Below are positions 32,948 through 45,005 of a DNA stretch of 64,000 nucleotides, one piece after another. Position numbers and translations under genes: made by a program. The notes below the pieces were generated by a model that was given only the letters and a program-made list of their open reading frames with translations, searched no databases and was not told the DNA's origin. The stretch is from Diplonema japonicum (lineage: Eukaryota; Protista; Euglenozoa: Diplonemea): assembly GCA_964019335.1 (NCBI GenBank), contig OZ025735.1, positions 248,001-312,000 of the forward strand, read 5' to 3'. Within the stretch, counting starts at the first letter, position 1. Every line of letters begins with the position of its first letter.

Positions 32948-35131
32948 ATGTCGATTCTCCTCCAAACCGCCGCCACCGTGGTTCAGGAAAACTGGCGTCG
33001 GAAAAAACGGAGAACAACGGCAGAGATATCTGGTATTGCGAGGCTGTACACAGGAAGTTCTGTCAAACACCCGAAGAGGAAGCTCGTCGCTTCCCGGTGG
33101 GCGTCTGTGAGAAGGTCCATCGAAGAAGGCCCGCCCTCTCAACTAATCAGCACCGCGAAAGGCATACTCCTCACCGCAAACTCGCAAAATCTTGAAAAAG
33201 ACAGATGCAAGGAATGCTTACTCGAAGGCGTCGGGTACTGCGTTTCCCAAAAATCACTCAAATGGGTCACCGAACATCAGATCTCAGTCATGCTCGCTGC
33301 CGCATGGACAGGCATGGGTTTTGAAGGTGATTTTTCAGCATTTCTCACAAATCTCTTAGCAAAGGAATTCAATGGAACTTTGTACAATTCCGGAGACTCA
33401 ATAATTCTGAAACCCGAAGTCGCGGCTGCGTTGCGGGAAGCGTTAGGACCGCTGACGTGTTTGAAGCCCGCATTGAAACCCCCATCGTTAAAGCCCCCTC
33501 CTGTTTTTATAGGAACCCCGCCTTCTTGTGGAGACCTTCTTCGAGGGGTTTCAAACACAACATCCCCTGACACAAGTACTGGGTTGTTGGGCCCTGTCTT
33601 AAGAGCACCGTCAGTTGAGTTGAAACTAGAGCTTCCAACGATCGATATCGATGATCAAAACGGAGACCAAATCCTCGAAATTACTGACGACGATGACGGG
33701 CAGAAGGGTGTAGATGAAGACCTACTCGCGTACATCCGCGAGGTTTTTGACTCCATCGACACAAAATGTGCGGGAATACTAGGCTACACGCAGACTCAAA
33801 AACTTTGGAGGGCGGTTTTTCCGAATCTCAGTCATGTTGAGACTGATCGATTGACGGAAAGGATTTTCGATGATATCGATGTAAACGGCGATGGCGAGCT
33901 TCAATGGGAGGAATTATCAGAGTATTTGAGAGGAGAATGGATATCTTCGAGGAAAAAACTCGCTGTGCAGCCCGATTCTTGGAGACAATGGGTGTGGGCG
34001 GTGTTCGAACAACCCGCGTCAGAAAAATACAAATTAAAACCGCTCCGTTCCGTTTCCTTTGCGATGCTCGTCGCCATTCAGCTTTGTATCGTTGCGTCCA
34101 CCGTGAACCTGCTTGTAGAATCTCTGCCCGAATACCAGTCGTTCGACGGTAAAACAAGCGGGACGGCAACCACCTTCATCGTTGAACTCTTTTGCATCGT
34201 TCTGTTTTCAATTGAGTTCGTAGCAAGAACCGCAGCGTGCCCTTTACAAAACGATCAGAACGGAATGTTAACATTACAACGGGAATACTGGTCATCTCCA
34301 TGGACGTGGATCGATCTCATTGCAATCGCTCCATTTTACTTAAGAGTTTCCGGGGTTACAACCCGCGTGAAATCGTTAGTTCTCCTCCGGGTTTTAAAAA
34401 TAGCCCGGATAGGGAGGGCGCTGCGTATCATGAGGTTGGGGAGAAATTCCACCGGGTTGATGTTAATGCAACGCGCGCTTACAAGAGCAAAGTTTGCGTT
34501 GGGCTTCATGGGTCTTCTCTTTGTCATGACCGTTGTTTTAACTGCATCAATGGTGTTTTACGTGGAAATTGCAGACGCGGAGTACGATGGAAACGAGAAG
34601 AAATGGTATGATGAGCATACTGATGGTTCAAAATCGCTGGTTTCATTTCAGTCAATACCGGACGCGATGTGGTGGGCTGTGGTTACACTAACGACAGTTG
34701 GATACGGCGATGTTGTCCCGAAAAAACCGTTAGGAAAAGCCGTGGCTTCTGTGTCAATGATAGGCGGGATTTTCCTGATGGCGTACCCTGTCACAATCCT
34801 CAGCAACACATTCACGCAAGTTTATGACGAATGGAAGTCGGATCTTGAGAAGCAGCAACGTCGTGGGCAGCTTCAGAATCGGATTGAGCACAATATTGTA
34901 GACCGCGATGGGGTGAGGCGGTCGAGAGTGTCGTCCAGGAAAGATGCCGCGCTTCGGAGGGTGTCTTCTCGAAGGCTGTTGGAGGACAATCCTCTTCTCT
35001 ATCTGAACAGCCAAGCGAGGGCATCCTCCCGGAACACCTCTCCTAGCCTGCATCCTATGGACGCTTTAGACTCCGCGGCATCCGATTCTTCTGTGTCGTT
35101 GAACTTTAAGAGAATAAATAGTTTTAAGTAG
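32948..35131 (+). CDS. 6-TM voltage-gated K+ channel with an N-terminal IQ-like motif and two EF-hands
   Basis: Pore SIPDAMWWAVVTLTTVGYGD; S4 LRVLKIARIGRALRIMRLGR; EF-hands DSIDTKCAGILG and DIDVNGDGELQWEE; AATVVQENWRR at the N-terminus. Confidence 0.92.
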   Translation: MSILLQTAATVVQENWRRKKRRTTAEISGIARLYTGSSVKHPKRKLVASRWASVRRSIEEGPPSQLISTAKGILLTANSQNLEKDRCKECLLEGVGYCVSQKSLKWVTEHQISVMLAAAWTGMGFEGDFSAFLTNLLAKEFNGTLYNSGDSIILKPEVAAALREALGPLTCLKPALKPPSLKPPPVFIGTPPSCGDLLRGVSNTTSPDTSTGLLGPVLRAPSVELKLELPTIDIDDQNGDQILEITDDDDGQKGVDEDLLAYIREVFDSIDTKCAGILGYTQTQKLWRAVFPNLSHVETDRLTERIFDDIDVNGDGELQWEELSEYLRGEWISSRKKLAVQPDSWRQWVWAVFEQPASEKYKLKPLRSVSFAMLVAIQLCIVASTVNLLVESLPEYQSFDGKTSGTATTFIVELFCIVLFSIEFVARTAACPLQNDQNGMLTLQREYWSSPWTWIDLIAIAPFYLRVSGVTTRVKSLVLLRVLKIARIGRALRIMRLGRNSTGLMLMQRALTRAKFALGFMGLLFVMTVVLTASMVFYVEIADAEYDGNEKKWYDEHTDGSKSLVSFQSIPDAMWWAVVTLTTVGYGDVVPKKPLGKAVASVSMIGGIFLMAYPVTILSNTFTQVYDEWKSDLEKQQRRGQLQNRIEHNIVDRDGVRRSRVSSRKDAALRRVSSRRLLEDNPLLYLNSQARASSRNTSPSLHPMDALDSAASDSSVSLNFKRINSFK

Positions 35132-35151
35132 ACCCTACTGGCCTCCTTTTT

Positions 35152-35190
<39 letters not shown>

Positions 35191-35872
35191 GTTTGCTCGT
35201 GCGAACAACAAAAAGACATATGGTCATAAAAGAAATATATTTTTAATATCACTCTATGTTGTTTTTTTGTTTTGTTTTTTTTTTTTTTTTTGTTGTTTTG
35301 TTTTAACAATTCTATCGTCGAAACTATTTAAAAAAAAAAAGAAAAAAAAAAGAAATACTAATTGTTGGTAGCGCATGAGTTAATTCTTTTAGTAGTTAAA
35401 CGCTCGCGCAACCAAGTTCAGGGGGGGGGGGGGGGTGGTAAATAGCCACACTAATTCAAAAACTGAACGGGACCAACCCAAAAACCTTTTTTTTCTTCTC
35501 TTTTTTGCGACGGTATCGAACCCGGAACCCAAACACAGAACGCGCCCTGTGAATGGGGGAGATTTTCCAAGAGCAAGAAAAAGGTGGGCGCCAGTGAAAC
35601 AAAAAAAACTATAAAAAAAATCGAGAGGGGGAGGGGGAAAAAAAAAAGAGAGAAAAAAAAAAAAGGATTAACTTCTTTATCACAAGAAGAAACAAGCAAA
35701 ATATCTTCTAAGGTTTCCCTTTCCCCCCCCTCTTTTATTCTATACCCCCCCCCCCTCCAATCGTAGATAATCGGTCCGGTATTTCTTTTTTTTTTTAAAA
35801 AATAATTCTCCTTCAACTAAACTTTTAAAAATAAAAATAAAAAGGGAGGGGGAAGGGTTTACACAATACCTC

Positions 35873-38095
35873 ATGGAGCAGTCCACAGACATCGGGTCGT
35901 GGTCTGTGCAGGATGTTTGTTTGAATCTTAAAGGGCAAGTATGGGCGGATACAAATCTACTTAACGAGCTTTCAAAACATGAGATCGACGGCGCCGCCTT
36001 GTTAGAGCTGACAAAACACGACTTACGCGATGATTTCGGGATAAAAGAGCTTGGCAAGATTAAAAGAATCCTCCGCTCGCTTTCAAAAATGAAAAAGCAC
36101 AGTAAAAGGCGACACACAGCACCAACACCATCTGTGCCTGTGTACCATGAAGATGAAAAGAATGCTTCTCGTGCAGCGCCGCACACTCCAGATCTTCAAA
36201 CATTCGATCTCCCCATCGAGGATGAAGACCTGGTTAGCTCTGCAGATCAACAAGCAAATAGTTCAATACCACCCCGACCGGCACCTCCATCGCCCACACC
36301 TCTTGCCGCCGCTCCACCGCCTTGCACACCACCACCTTTCAACGAAGCCGATCTCGGAGCATTGGACATGGATATCATAGAGCTTGAGGATCTTGTCCCA
36401 GATTCTTTCACGCCGATAGAAGTTCTTGAAGAGGGTAATAATATCCCCCCTCGGCCTGTCACCGCTATAGGGCATCGTCCTCTTAATGGAATGGACTGCG
36501 GGCACCAACATGTGTGGGCTGATGACCCTGCTGTTCATATCTCAAAAGCGTCGGATTTATTGCACGACCACTCTTCAGAGGAGCTCACCCCGGAGGTTAT
36601 AAAACAGCTGTCGGACAAACCGTGGGATGTGTCACGTCCATCGCCGATCCCACGCCCCCCTGCGTCGGAGGGACCTCCTGGGAGACGGTTGCCGTCCGGA
36701 CAACGCATGCCGGATTGGGTCGACACACCGTGGGAACCGCCGCAGCTTCTATGCCATACGCAACCATTGGGGTTGTTGAAACGCGATAAAAAGGGGAACT
36801 TCGACATCGATCTCAACGCACCGCCGCACCACAACGGGATACTCGAGCAGGAGAGAAGGTACAGCGACTTACAAGAACTGTACACAACGTGGGTGACATG
36901 CACGGGAGACGACGGACCGGAGAGGTTCATTGCGTTTGAAGGGCTGGGCAGTGTGTTGATGGAGTTCTGCGGGTGGTCGGAGGAGGAGGGCGAGTTCAAC
37001 ACAACGTTGATAATGAACGAGATCGACAGCAACTCGGACGGGCAGCTTGACTGGCATGAGTTCTTCGTGTTCATGACGAGGATCACGCGTAGCATGCCGC
37101 CGACAGCGTTCGACAACCTTGTTACATTCTTCACGTGCTGCGTGGAGGGCGTCAACAAAAGACGGGAGGTAGAACGCCGCGAGGCCACCATTCGAAAAAT
37201 ATTCCACAAGATAGCCGACGATAACTCATGGTACATCTCTGAGAAAACCCTCCGAGACGTCGTGGTGCACCTTCGCAACGACGATGAAACCAGCGATGTC
37301 TCAGAACTAATCAGACAAGGCGACACAGGTGTGTGCGATGGTGTTCTTGATGAAGATGAAGTGGTCTGCCTGCTCACTAAGCTATGCGGAGAAGATTGTT
37401 CCGGTGCTGAGTTCGATCTCATGATGTTCCGCCTTGACAGAGCCATATCAACACGTAACAAGGAAGCTCCCAATCACATCAGCAAGGCGCCTAAGCTCAC
37501 TACTGATGACATAGATACCCTTGTTTCTCTTTCACCCTCCTCGTCCCCTCTAATCTTGCATGGTAACGGTGCTGACCCGACCAATGTCATATCAGAGTCC
37601 GCCACGTCTTGCGAGGTCCACCTTCGACTGCTTTTCGTCTCCTCAGATAAATCAGCTCGAACTGCATTGTGCTCGTTGGTCCGAAATGGGTTTTCCAAAG
37701 GAGAATGGCTTTGTTTCAGCATCGACCACACCTATCAGGGTTCCGACAAATTTTTAAGAGAGGTAAAAGGAAAACAAAAAAAAAAATAAAAAAATAAAAA
37801 AAAAAATAAAAATACCACAGATTGGTGTGAAATTGCAAACAGAATCCCCTTGGTCCATACACAGGAAATTCCGGCTTTGGATTTACACCCCTCAGCCATG
37901 CATCATACCCTCCATACTGTCGATCCGTTCTGTTGTATGAGTGGGGGGTTTTTTTGTTTTTAACACCTACACTTTCTACAGCTAATTGATATTTCCGACT
38001 TGGACCTAACTTCTATCATCTCCACCCTTGAGAAGAAGAGGAACCATGGGCATGGACACATCGCGATGCAGGCATTCCACAGGCGCCCTACCTGA
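35873..38095 (+). CDS. SAM + Pro-rich + EF-hand protein ending in a degenerate dynein heavy chain AAA6-like module (705 aa); introns 37763-37820, 37935-37981
   Basis: SAM (WSVQDVC...HEIDGAALLELTKHDLRDDFGIKELG); EF-hand DSNSDGQLDWHE; spliced C-terminus SPLILHGNGADP...GEWLCF...IHRKFRLWIYT...IPSIL. Confidence 0.72.
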
Positions 38096-38214
38096 GTTCA
38101 CAACACATTAAAAAAGAAATACATAGTTCGCGCACATTTATATGTGCTAACCTTAGTTTAAGTTTATTTTCTTTTTCTTGTTACCTTTGATACACGGCAT
38201 GTTTTTTCGCAGGT

Positions 38215-41200
38215 ATGCCTAGATATTTCACCTCTGCCGGCAGAGGTCTGGCGAGGCTGCTGTGCCTCGTTGTAGGGTTTGCAGGGATGTGCAGCAGCCA
38301 CACGTTGTCGTTCGGGGACTACAGCTACAAGGTGAGCGGATCGCCTGCTGGGTTCCAGGTGTGGACGACTGCCCCGTCGCACAAGATCACGGTGGACCAC
38401 GCACTCCCGAGCGGGGAAAAGGGGTCGCTGTTCCTGAGTGCTGCGCGGCACGAGTTCGAGCCGCTCCAGGTGATCATCCAAGGGACGACGGCGGGGAGCT
38501 GCGCTGTGGAGCTGGAGATGGGGACGGTGGAGAAGGTGGGGATGCACAAGGGGGGCTTCGTGGACGGGTTGCTGGACACGCTGACACCGCTGGCTGGGAT
38601 GACGACGACGGGGACAACGACGACGGCGACGCTTGCGGTGGACGGGGGCTCGAAGCAGACGGTCCTGTGGCTGACGGTGTACGTTCCCTACACGGCGACG
38701 GTGAGCGGGATGCAGACGGGGCTCGGGAAGCTCCGGCTGACGCCACCAGGGAGCTCGACCCCTTTCGAGATCCCGATCGACATGTACGTGTACAACTTCC
38801 AACTCTCGGCGGAGCTGAACTACGTGAACCACATGACCCTCGGGCTGACGGGGACGGTCCACTCGGACGAGGACGTGGCGAAGCAGATCCTGTTCGACCA
38901 CCGGATGACACCGAAGGGCGGGGCGACCTGGCCGAGCGGCTTCAACTACCAGGTGGCGTGGGAGACCAACAGCAACCCTGACAAGTGCAGCAAGTTCTAC
39001 GACGAGCCGAACGAGAGCCCACCATACTCGCTGCACCACCTTGCCCCGAAGTATGTGAAGGGGGAAGGGTGGAACTGCGCGGGCTTCCCAATCCACATGG
39101 CGGTGCAGTTTGTGAACAACAACACCCCGCGCCCGACGAGCTTCTGTGGGGAGAGCGTCGGGTCGGACCCGAAGGGGACCCCTGCCTACAACGCCGCTTG
39201 GGGAAAGTACATCGGGGAGCTTGGGAAGTACGTGAAGGACAACGGCTACGGAGACAAGGTCTTCTACTACACGATGAACGAGCCTCAGGATGCGGCGGAT
39301 GACGACACGGCGGTCGCCCTGTGCGAGCTCTCCCGAAGCGTTGCCCCCGATCTCATGATCTGCGTGAGCGAGGAACCCAAACCCGAGATTGCAGAGAGGT
39401 GCGCCTACGACATCTGGGCCTCTGCCCTTCGCGAGTACAACCAAACCTACGCCTGGAAGAGGCAGGAGCAAGGGATCCCGGGTGAGCGGGTCTGGCTCTA
39501 CTCCCTCCCTCAGGACCCGGACCCGTACCCGAACCCCTCCCAAACGGACAGGCAAGGGATGCACTCTCGTATCTGGGGCTTCCTGTCTTGGTCCCTTCGC
39601 ACCCAGGGTTACTGGTACTACGACGCGGGGACCTGGTTCAACAACAAGAACCCCACTGTGAGGCTTGAACTCTTCAGGGAGGCTTGGGAGGATTACGAGT
39701 ATGCTGCGTTAACAATAATTTGGATCATCTCCATTTTTCACTTCTTTTTAAAGGTACCTGTGGCTTGCAAACGGGAAGAAGCAACCGAAGCCCTGCACGA
39801 TGACAGCGGCTGACGTCCCTGCCTTCAGCGTGGCGAAAGGGCTGACGGACTGGACGACGAACGACGACGCGCTGATGAGCCTGCGACACCAACTGGGGCT
39901 GTACCTGGAAGGGTCCATCGCCTCCCCTCCTTCCCTGGTGGTGCCTCCTTCCCCTCCCCCCGCCCCCGTGTACATCAACTTCCAAGGGAGTTCCCCGAGT
40001 GCGGACCCCCTCGTGGTTGGGGGGAACACTTACGTGAAGATGGGGTGGGATGCCTACGACCCCGGGACGGGGATCGGCTGGGAGGGGCAGAACATCGGGA
40101 CATCCATCGTGAAAGACGGGTACCAGGACACAGGGAGCAAGGACGAGCTGTGGTACTCGTACCTGTTCGACGACTACGGGAGGGACAACGTGTTCAAGTA
40201 CCCGCTGAACCCGGGGACCTACGAGATCACTGTCGCGGTGGGGCGTCCTGGGAAGACCTACAACGACAAGTACAACGTGGTGGTGAACGGGGTGAAGGTG
40301 ATCGACAACTACCACTCGAAGGGGACAGGGGTGGACCAAACCCAGGCCTCCATCGTGATGGAAATCTCCAGCGGTCTCAGTGTTGTGTGGGGTGGGAAGG
40401 ACGACGGTGGGAGCTACGCCTACACCTTCATCGCCTGGATGACAGCGGTCCCTTCCAGTGCACCTGCAGGTCCTGACAACATGGTGGAGCTTGAGTGCCC
40501 GAAGCTCAACATCCCTGTTGTGGATGAGAGAACCTCCGCACCCTCTTGCAGGCCTTGCACCGTTGATCCTCCTGTTTGCAACCCGACGACTGCACCTGAT
40601 ACGAGCGCACCGGACACGAATACACCCGACACTGCTGCTCCTGATACCACTGCACCAGTAACCAGTGCTCCTGATACGAATGCACCTGTTACCAATGCAC
40701 CCGACACTGGTGCTCCTGATACCAATGCACCTATGACGAATGCACCCGACACAAGTGCTCCTGATACCAACCCACCAGACACCAATGCACCTATGACAAG
40801 TGCACCCGACACCAGTGCTCCTGATACCAATGCACCAGACACCAATGCACCTATGACGAATGCACCCGACACAAGTGCCCCTGACACCAATGCACCTGAC
40901 ACCAATGCACCCATCACAAATGCACCCGACACCAGTGCCCCCAATACTAATGCACCTGTTACGAATGCACCTCTTTCCAATGCACCCGACACTGGAGCTC
41001 CTGATACCAATGCACCAGACACCAATGCACCTATCACGAATGCACCCGACACAAGTGCCCCTGATACCAGTGCTCCTGATACCAATGCACCAGTAACTAG
41101 TGTTCCTGATACCAGCGCACCAGACACTAATGCACCCGACACCAGTGCTCCTGATACCAATGCACCTGCCACGAATGCACCTGATACCAGTGCTCCTGAT

Positions 41201-42715
41201 ACGAATGCACCAGACACCAATGCACCTATGACGAATGTTCCAGACACTGGTGCTCCTAATACCAATGCACCTGTCACCAACGCACCCGACACCAGTGCCC
41301 CCAATACTAATGCACCTGTTACGAATGCACCTCTTTCCAATGCACCCGACACTGGAGCTCCTGATACCAATGCCCCTGACACCAATGCACCCGACACAAG
41401 TGCCCCTGACACCAACGCACCCGACACCAATGCACCTGATACCGGTGCCCCTGCCACCAATCCTCCGGCGACACTGACCCCCGGGAAGACGTTGGCCCCC
41501 AACACGAACGCCCCCGACACTGCGATTCCCACCACAGCACCGGCCACCGGAGCTCCAGCGACCATGCCACCGAACACGAATGCTCCCGCCACAGACGCAC
41601 CGGCGACACTGACCCCTGGGAAGACCATATCCCCCGACACGAATGCTCCCGACACCGCTGTTCCAACGATGGCCCCGGCCACCGGTGCCCCAGCGACTCT
41701 ACCTCCGAACACGAATGCTCCCGCCACAGACGCACCGGCGACCCTGGCCCCTGGGAAGACTTGGGCTCCCGACACGAACGCCCCCGACACTGCGATTCCC
41801 ACCACGGCACCGGCCACCGGAGCTCCAGCGACCATGCCACCAAACACAAATGCTCCCGCCACAAACGCACCGGCGACACTGACCCCTGGGAAGACCTGGG
41901 CCCCCGACACGAATGCCCCCGACACCGCTGTTCCAACGACAGCACCCGAGACCACAGCTCCGGCAACGCTTGCCCCTGGGAAGACTTGGGCTCCTGGGAC
42001 AGAAGCTCCGGCAACAGCTGGGCCGACGACCGCCCCCGCCACAGACGCTCCGACGACGCTCACCCCTGGGAAGACTTGGGCTCCCGACACGACTGCTCCC
42101 GACACCTCTGTCCCAATAACGCTCACCCCTGGGAAGACCTGGGCTCCCGACACGACTGCACCTGACACCCCTGTCCCGGTGACGCTCACACCCGGTAAGA
42201 CCTGGGCTCCCGACACATCAGCACCCAACACAAAGGCACCTGCGACCCTCGCACCCGGGGACACGTGGGCACCTGCAACAAGGGCTCCTGAAACAGGTGT
42301 ACCTGCAACTCTGGTCCCTGGGACTACCTGGGCCCCGGACACGGCGGCACCCAAGACAGAGATCCCTGCGACGCTGGTACCGGGGACGACGTGGGCACCG
42401 AGCACGGAGACCCCAACGACGCGGGCACCCCTCGGGGACAAGGAGAGCTATGCACCCGACACACCAGAACCTGGGGCACCGTTCTTGGGGACAGGGGAGG
42501 ACTCCCCAAGAGACTCTCCGAGTGACAGTGGGGACAGTGGCGGTTTTAAGTGGTGGTACATTCTGCTTATCTTGCTGGGCGTTGGCGGTGTCTGTGGGAT
42601 CATTGCCGCCATCGCCATCAGAAAGAGGCAGTCGGAACAGCTCTACATCAACGACATGCTCGATGCGCTGGAGGAGAAGGAGATGATATCCGAGCTGAGA
42701 GGCGGCTCGATGTAA
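38215..42715 (+). CDS. Type I membrane DUF4091/GH123-like glycoside hydrolase, copy A (1481 aa, long stalk); intron 39699-39753
   Basis: Signal peptide; SAARHEFEPLQV; YYTMNEPQ; YPN...SRIWGFLSW...GYWYY; spliced TVRLELFREAWEDYEYLWL (DUF4091-type motif); beta-sandwich (YINFQ...PGTYEITVAVG); ~650-aa Thr/Pro stalk; TM WWYILLILLGVGGVCGIIAAIAI; short tail. Confidence 0.82.
40585..42470 (+). repeat. Coding minisatellite: 15-bp units (PDTNA/PDTSA/PVTNA) grading into longer TLxPGxTWAP-containing units
   Basis: Directly visible tandem repeats such as gcacccgacaccaat and accctgggaagacctgggc variants. Confidence 0.95.
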
Positions 42716-43514
42716 GCCAGAGTGGGAGCGCGAGAGTGCGTACCGCAAGATGAATATGCTGGACACGGAGGAGAGGGAATGAGGCTCCTGTGGAGTTCCT
42801 CAAACTTTGAGAAATGTTTCTTTTATGTGGAATGTCCCCCTTTCTTCCTCTTATTGTTCTTACCAAAAGCCCCCCAATGGTGCTCGCTTTTGGTTAAGTT
42901 CATATTTCTTCTTCTTTTTTTTTTTGTATTTATTTCCCCCTGACTAATCTAATCTTTTTTACCCCCCCCCCCCCCAAGAAAGGAAATAGGAAAAAGTAAG
43001 AAAAAGGGGAAGCATCTTAAGTTTTCATCCTTGATTACATACCTCCCGTTATTGCTTTGAACAAGAAACAAAAACACAAAACCAAAAAAAAAGCTTTATT
43101 ACTAATCGTAAATTATGTTCAGCTGAAACCTTTCTGCAGGATAAACCCCGATTTTGCTTGTTTTCTTTTGTCAGGGAAACGACACACCTCCCCTTAAGCT
43201 TCTACCTAGCTGCCCAGGCACAATCAGACCTTTCAAAACAGGTAACATGGAAAAAGAGTATGGAGGTGGCATTAGAAGCTCACTCCTATGTGTCGTTTGA
43301 GAAACCCCCCCCCCCCCCCCCCCCCCTGTACTTATTGTCGACTGTGGTGGTACTGAGCGCTTGTGTCCCTCCTTTAAGGCCACCTGAGCGGTGGCAATCG
43401 TCGGACACTTTAAGATAACACGGCGGAGGAGTGCAGCGATATCTTCGTACCACTCTTCTGTTGCTGTTCCAGGTAACACCCCTGCTGGTTGGAACAATAA
43501 GTCGTCGGTGGAAT

Positions 43515-43550
<36 letters not shown>

Positions 43551-43551
<1 letters not shown>

Positions 43552-43653
43552 TACCACCGCAGTAGGAACCCGCCAGAGCCCCCAGAACGGGGACAACGGG
43601 GACTAAGAACAGCGCGGCCGGTGAGCGCAAAAACGCATACCTTAAAAGAATAG
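43551..43653. repeat. Short T-run-flanked dispersed repeat, copy 2 (longer)
   Basis: Last 65 bp match 1850-1914; bounded by long T-runs; diverged relative at 58198-58238. Confidence 0.88.
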
Positions 43654-45005
43654 TTTTTTTTTTTTTTTTGAGGTTTTTATGACGCTGAAATCTGCCTGAC
43701 ATCTAGACCCTCTTCTTTTTTTTTTTTTTTCTATACTCTCACATTGGCGATGGCCGTGGTCGTTGCATAGCACCAATAAAAAAGTATTGGTTGGTTCGGG
43801 TTTTTTTAAAAAAAAGAAAATTAAAGCCCCCCCTCCCTCCCTTCCTCCCTTTATATTTTTCTAGTATCTCTTGTCCAACTTTTGCTGCCTTAAATGCGCA
43901 GTGGCACCACACCTATTTGTGAACTTCAACTTCTTTTTTTGTTACACACTGGAAGGAAAAGAGGAAAAAAAAAGGGGGGGTAAAATCGGCTTATTCATTC
44001 TTTTTCGTTCGCGCCGCATAACAACTTTGACTTGTGCAAGGTTACTCTACCTTCGACAACGCAAAGTAGCTTCCCCTCCTCTATAGTAAGTGCGTTCTCC
44101 CCTATTCCCCCCCTCCCCCCTTTTCCTTATTTTTTTGATCCCCGTCCCACGTCCTTCTTGTGTTTGACCTGTGTTTAAAGTGTCCGAAAGGTATAAAGGA
44201 GAAGGTCTGACGGTTTGTGTAAATCCGTTTCCTCTAATCTTTTTTTTTTTCTTTTTAAAAAGAGGGGGTGCAGGTTGCTTTACGTCACAATCCGTAGTTT
44301 TCACCACAAAACAAACAAAAAAAAGGTCAACCTTCCAACCTTTCACAAGGTGACCGGAGGAGATAGGCTGTGCCCCCCTCCCGTTCTAAGTGGGGTTCTG
44401 AGGACACAAGTTGATTATTGCAGTACGTCTTTTCCTTATTTTTCTTCATGTATTTTTTTTTTTTCTTTTTACAAAAAAGAAAAGAAAGACGACGAAAAAG
44501 AAAATTGAAATTGAGTGTTCCTCAAAAAAGAAAAAGAAAAAGAAAAAAAAAAAGAAAAAAAAAAGAAAAAGAAAAGAAAAGAAATGAATAGAAGGAAAAG
44601 GAGAGTGGAGGAGTGCGCTGACTTCATTCAGCGCCGACTTTCATTAGTCTAAACAACCACATTCTCCCGAAAGGTTTTTGACATGGGATTTTTTTTTCTT
44701 CTCTTTTTCTTGAGGCTCCTTTATTTTAGCAGGGATCAGTGTCGGGCTACGACAACACACGTGGTCCTTGCTTGGAGATCTACCCCTTCTAAACAGTGAT
44801 TTGTAGCCAAATGGTACTTAATGGTTCACCTGAGATATTGTCCCAAATCTTTTGTAGTTTACCGTAGATTTAGCGTGGGGGGGGGGGGGGGGGGGAATCG
44901 CTTTTTTTTTTCTCCCTCTTTTTCTTTTTTTTTTTTTTTTTTTTTTGCCTGATTAACTTGTGGTGCTGTTCCATTAACATATCTAGCTTTTCATCCCTTT
45001 TACCG

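Noticed and set aside
39699-39813. Apparent frameshift or two overlapping ORFs in each GH copy
   Set aside because: A 55-nt GT-AG intron restores EDYEYLWL and joins the frames.
40420-42441. 673-aa minus-strand VSGA-repeat ORF (also 51149-52615 and the 427-466 aa antisense ORFs over the GH heads)
   Set aside because: Antisense shadows of GC-rich, repetitive + strand genes. The + frame has the signal peptide, domains and TM.
40585-42470. CRISPR-like regularly spaced repeats
   Set aside because: Units are codon-phased degenerate coding repeats with no unique spacers and no cas genes; the context is eukaryotic.
43326-43337. ctgtacttattg resembles the 3' end of the euglenozoan spliced leader (similar ctgtacttt at 12562)
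   Set aside because: Only 9-12 nt with a mismatch, and no upstream SL sequence or downstream GT donor and Sm site. Compatible with chance.
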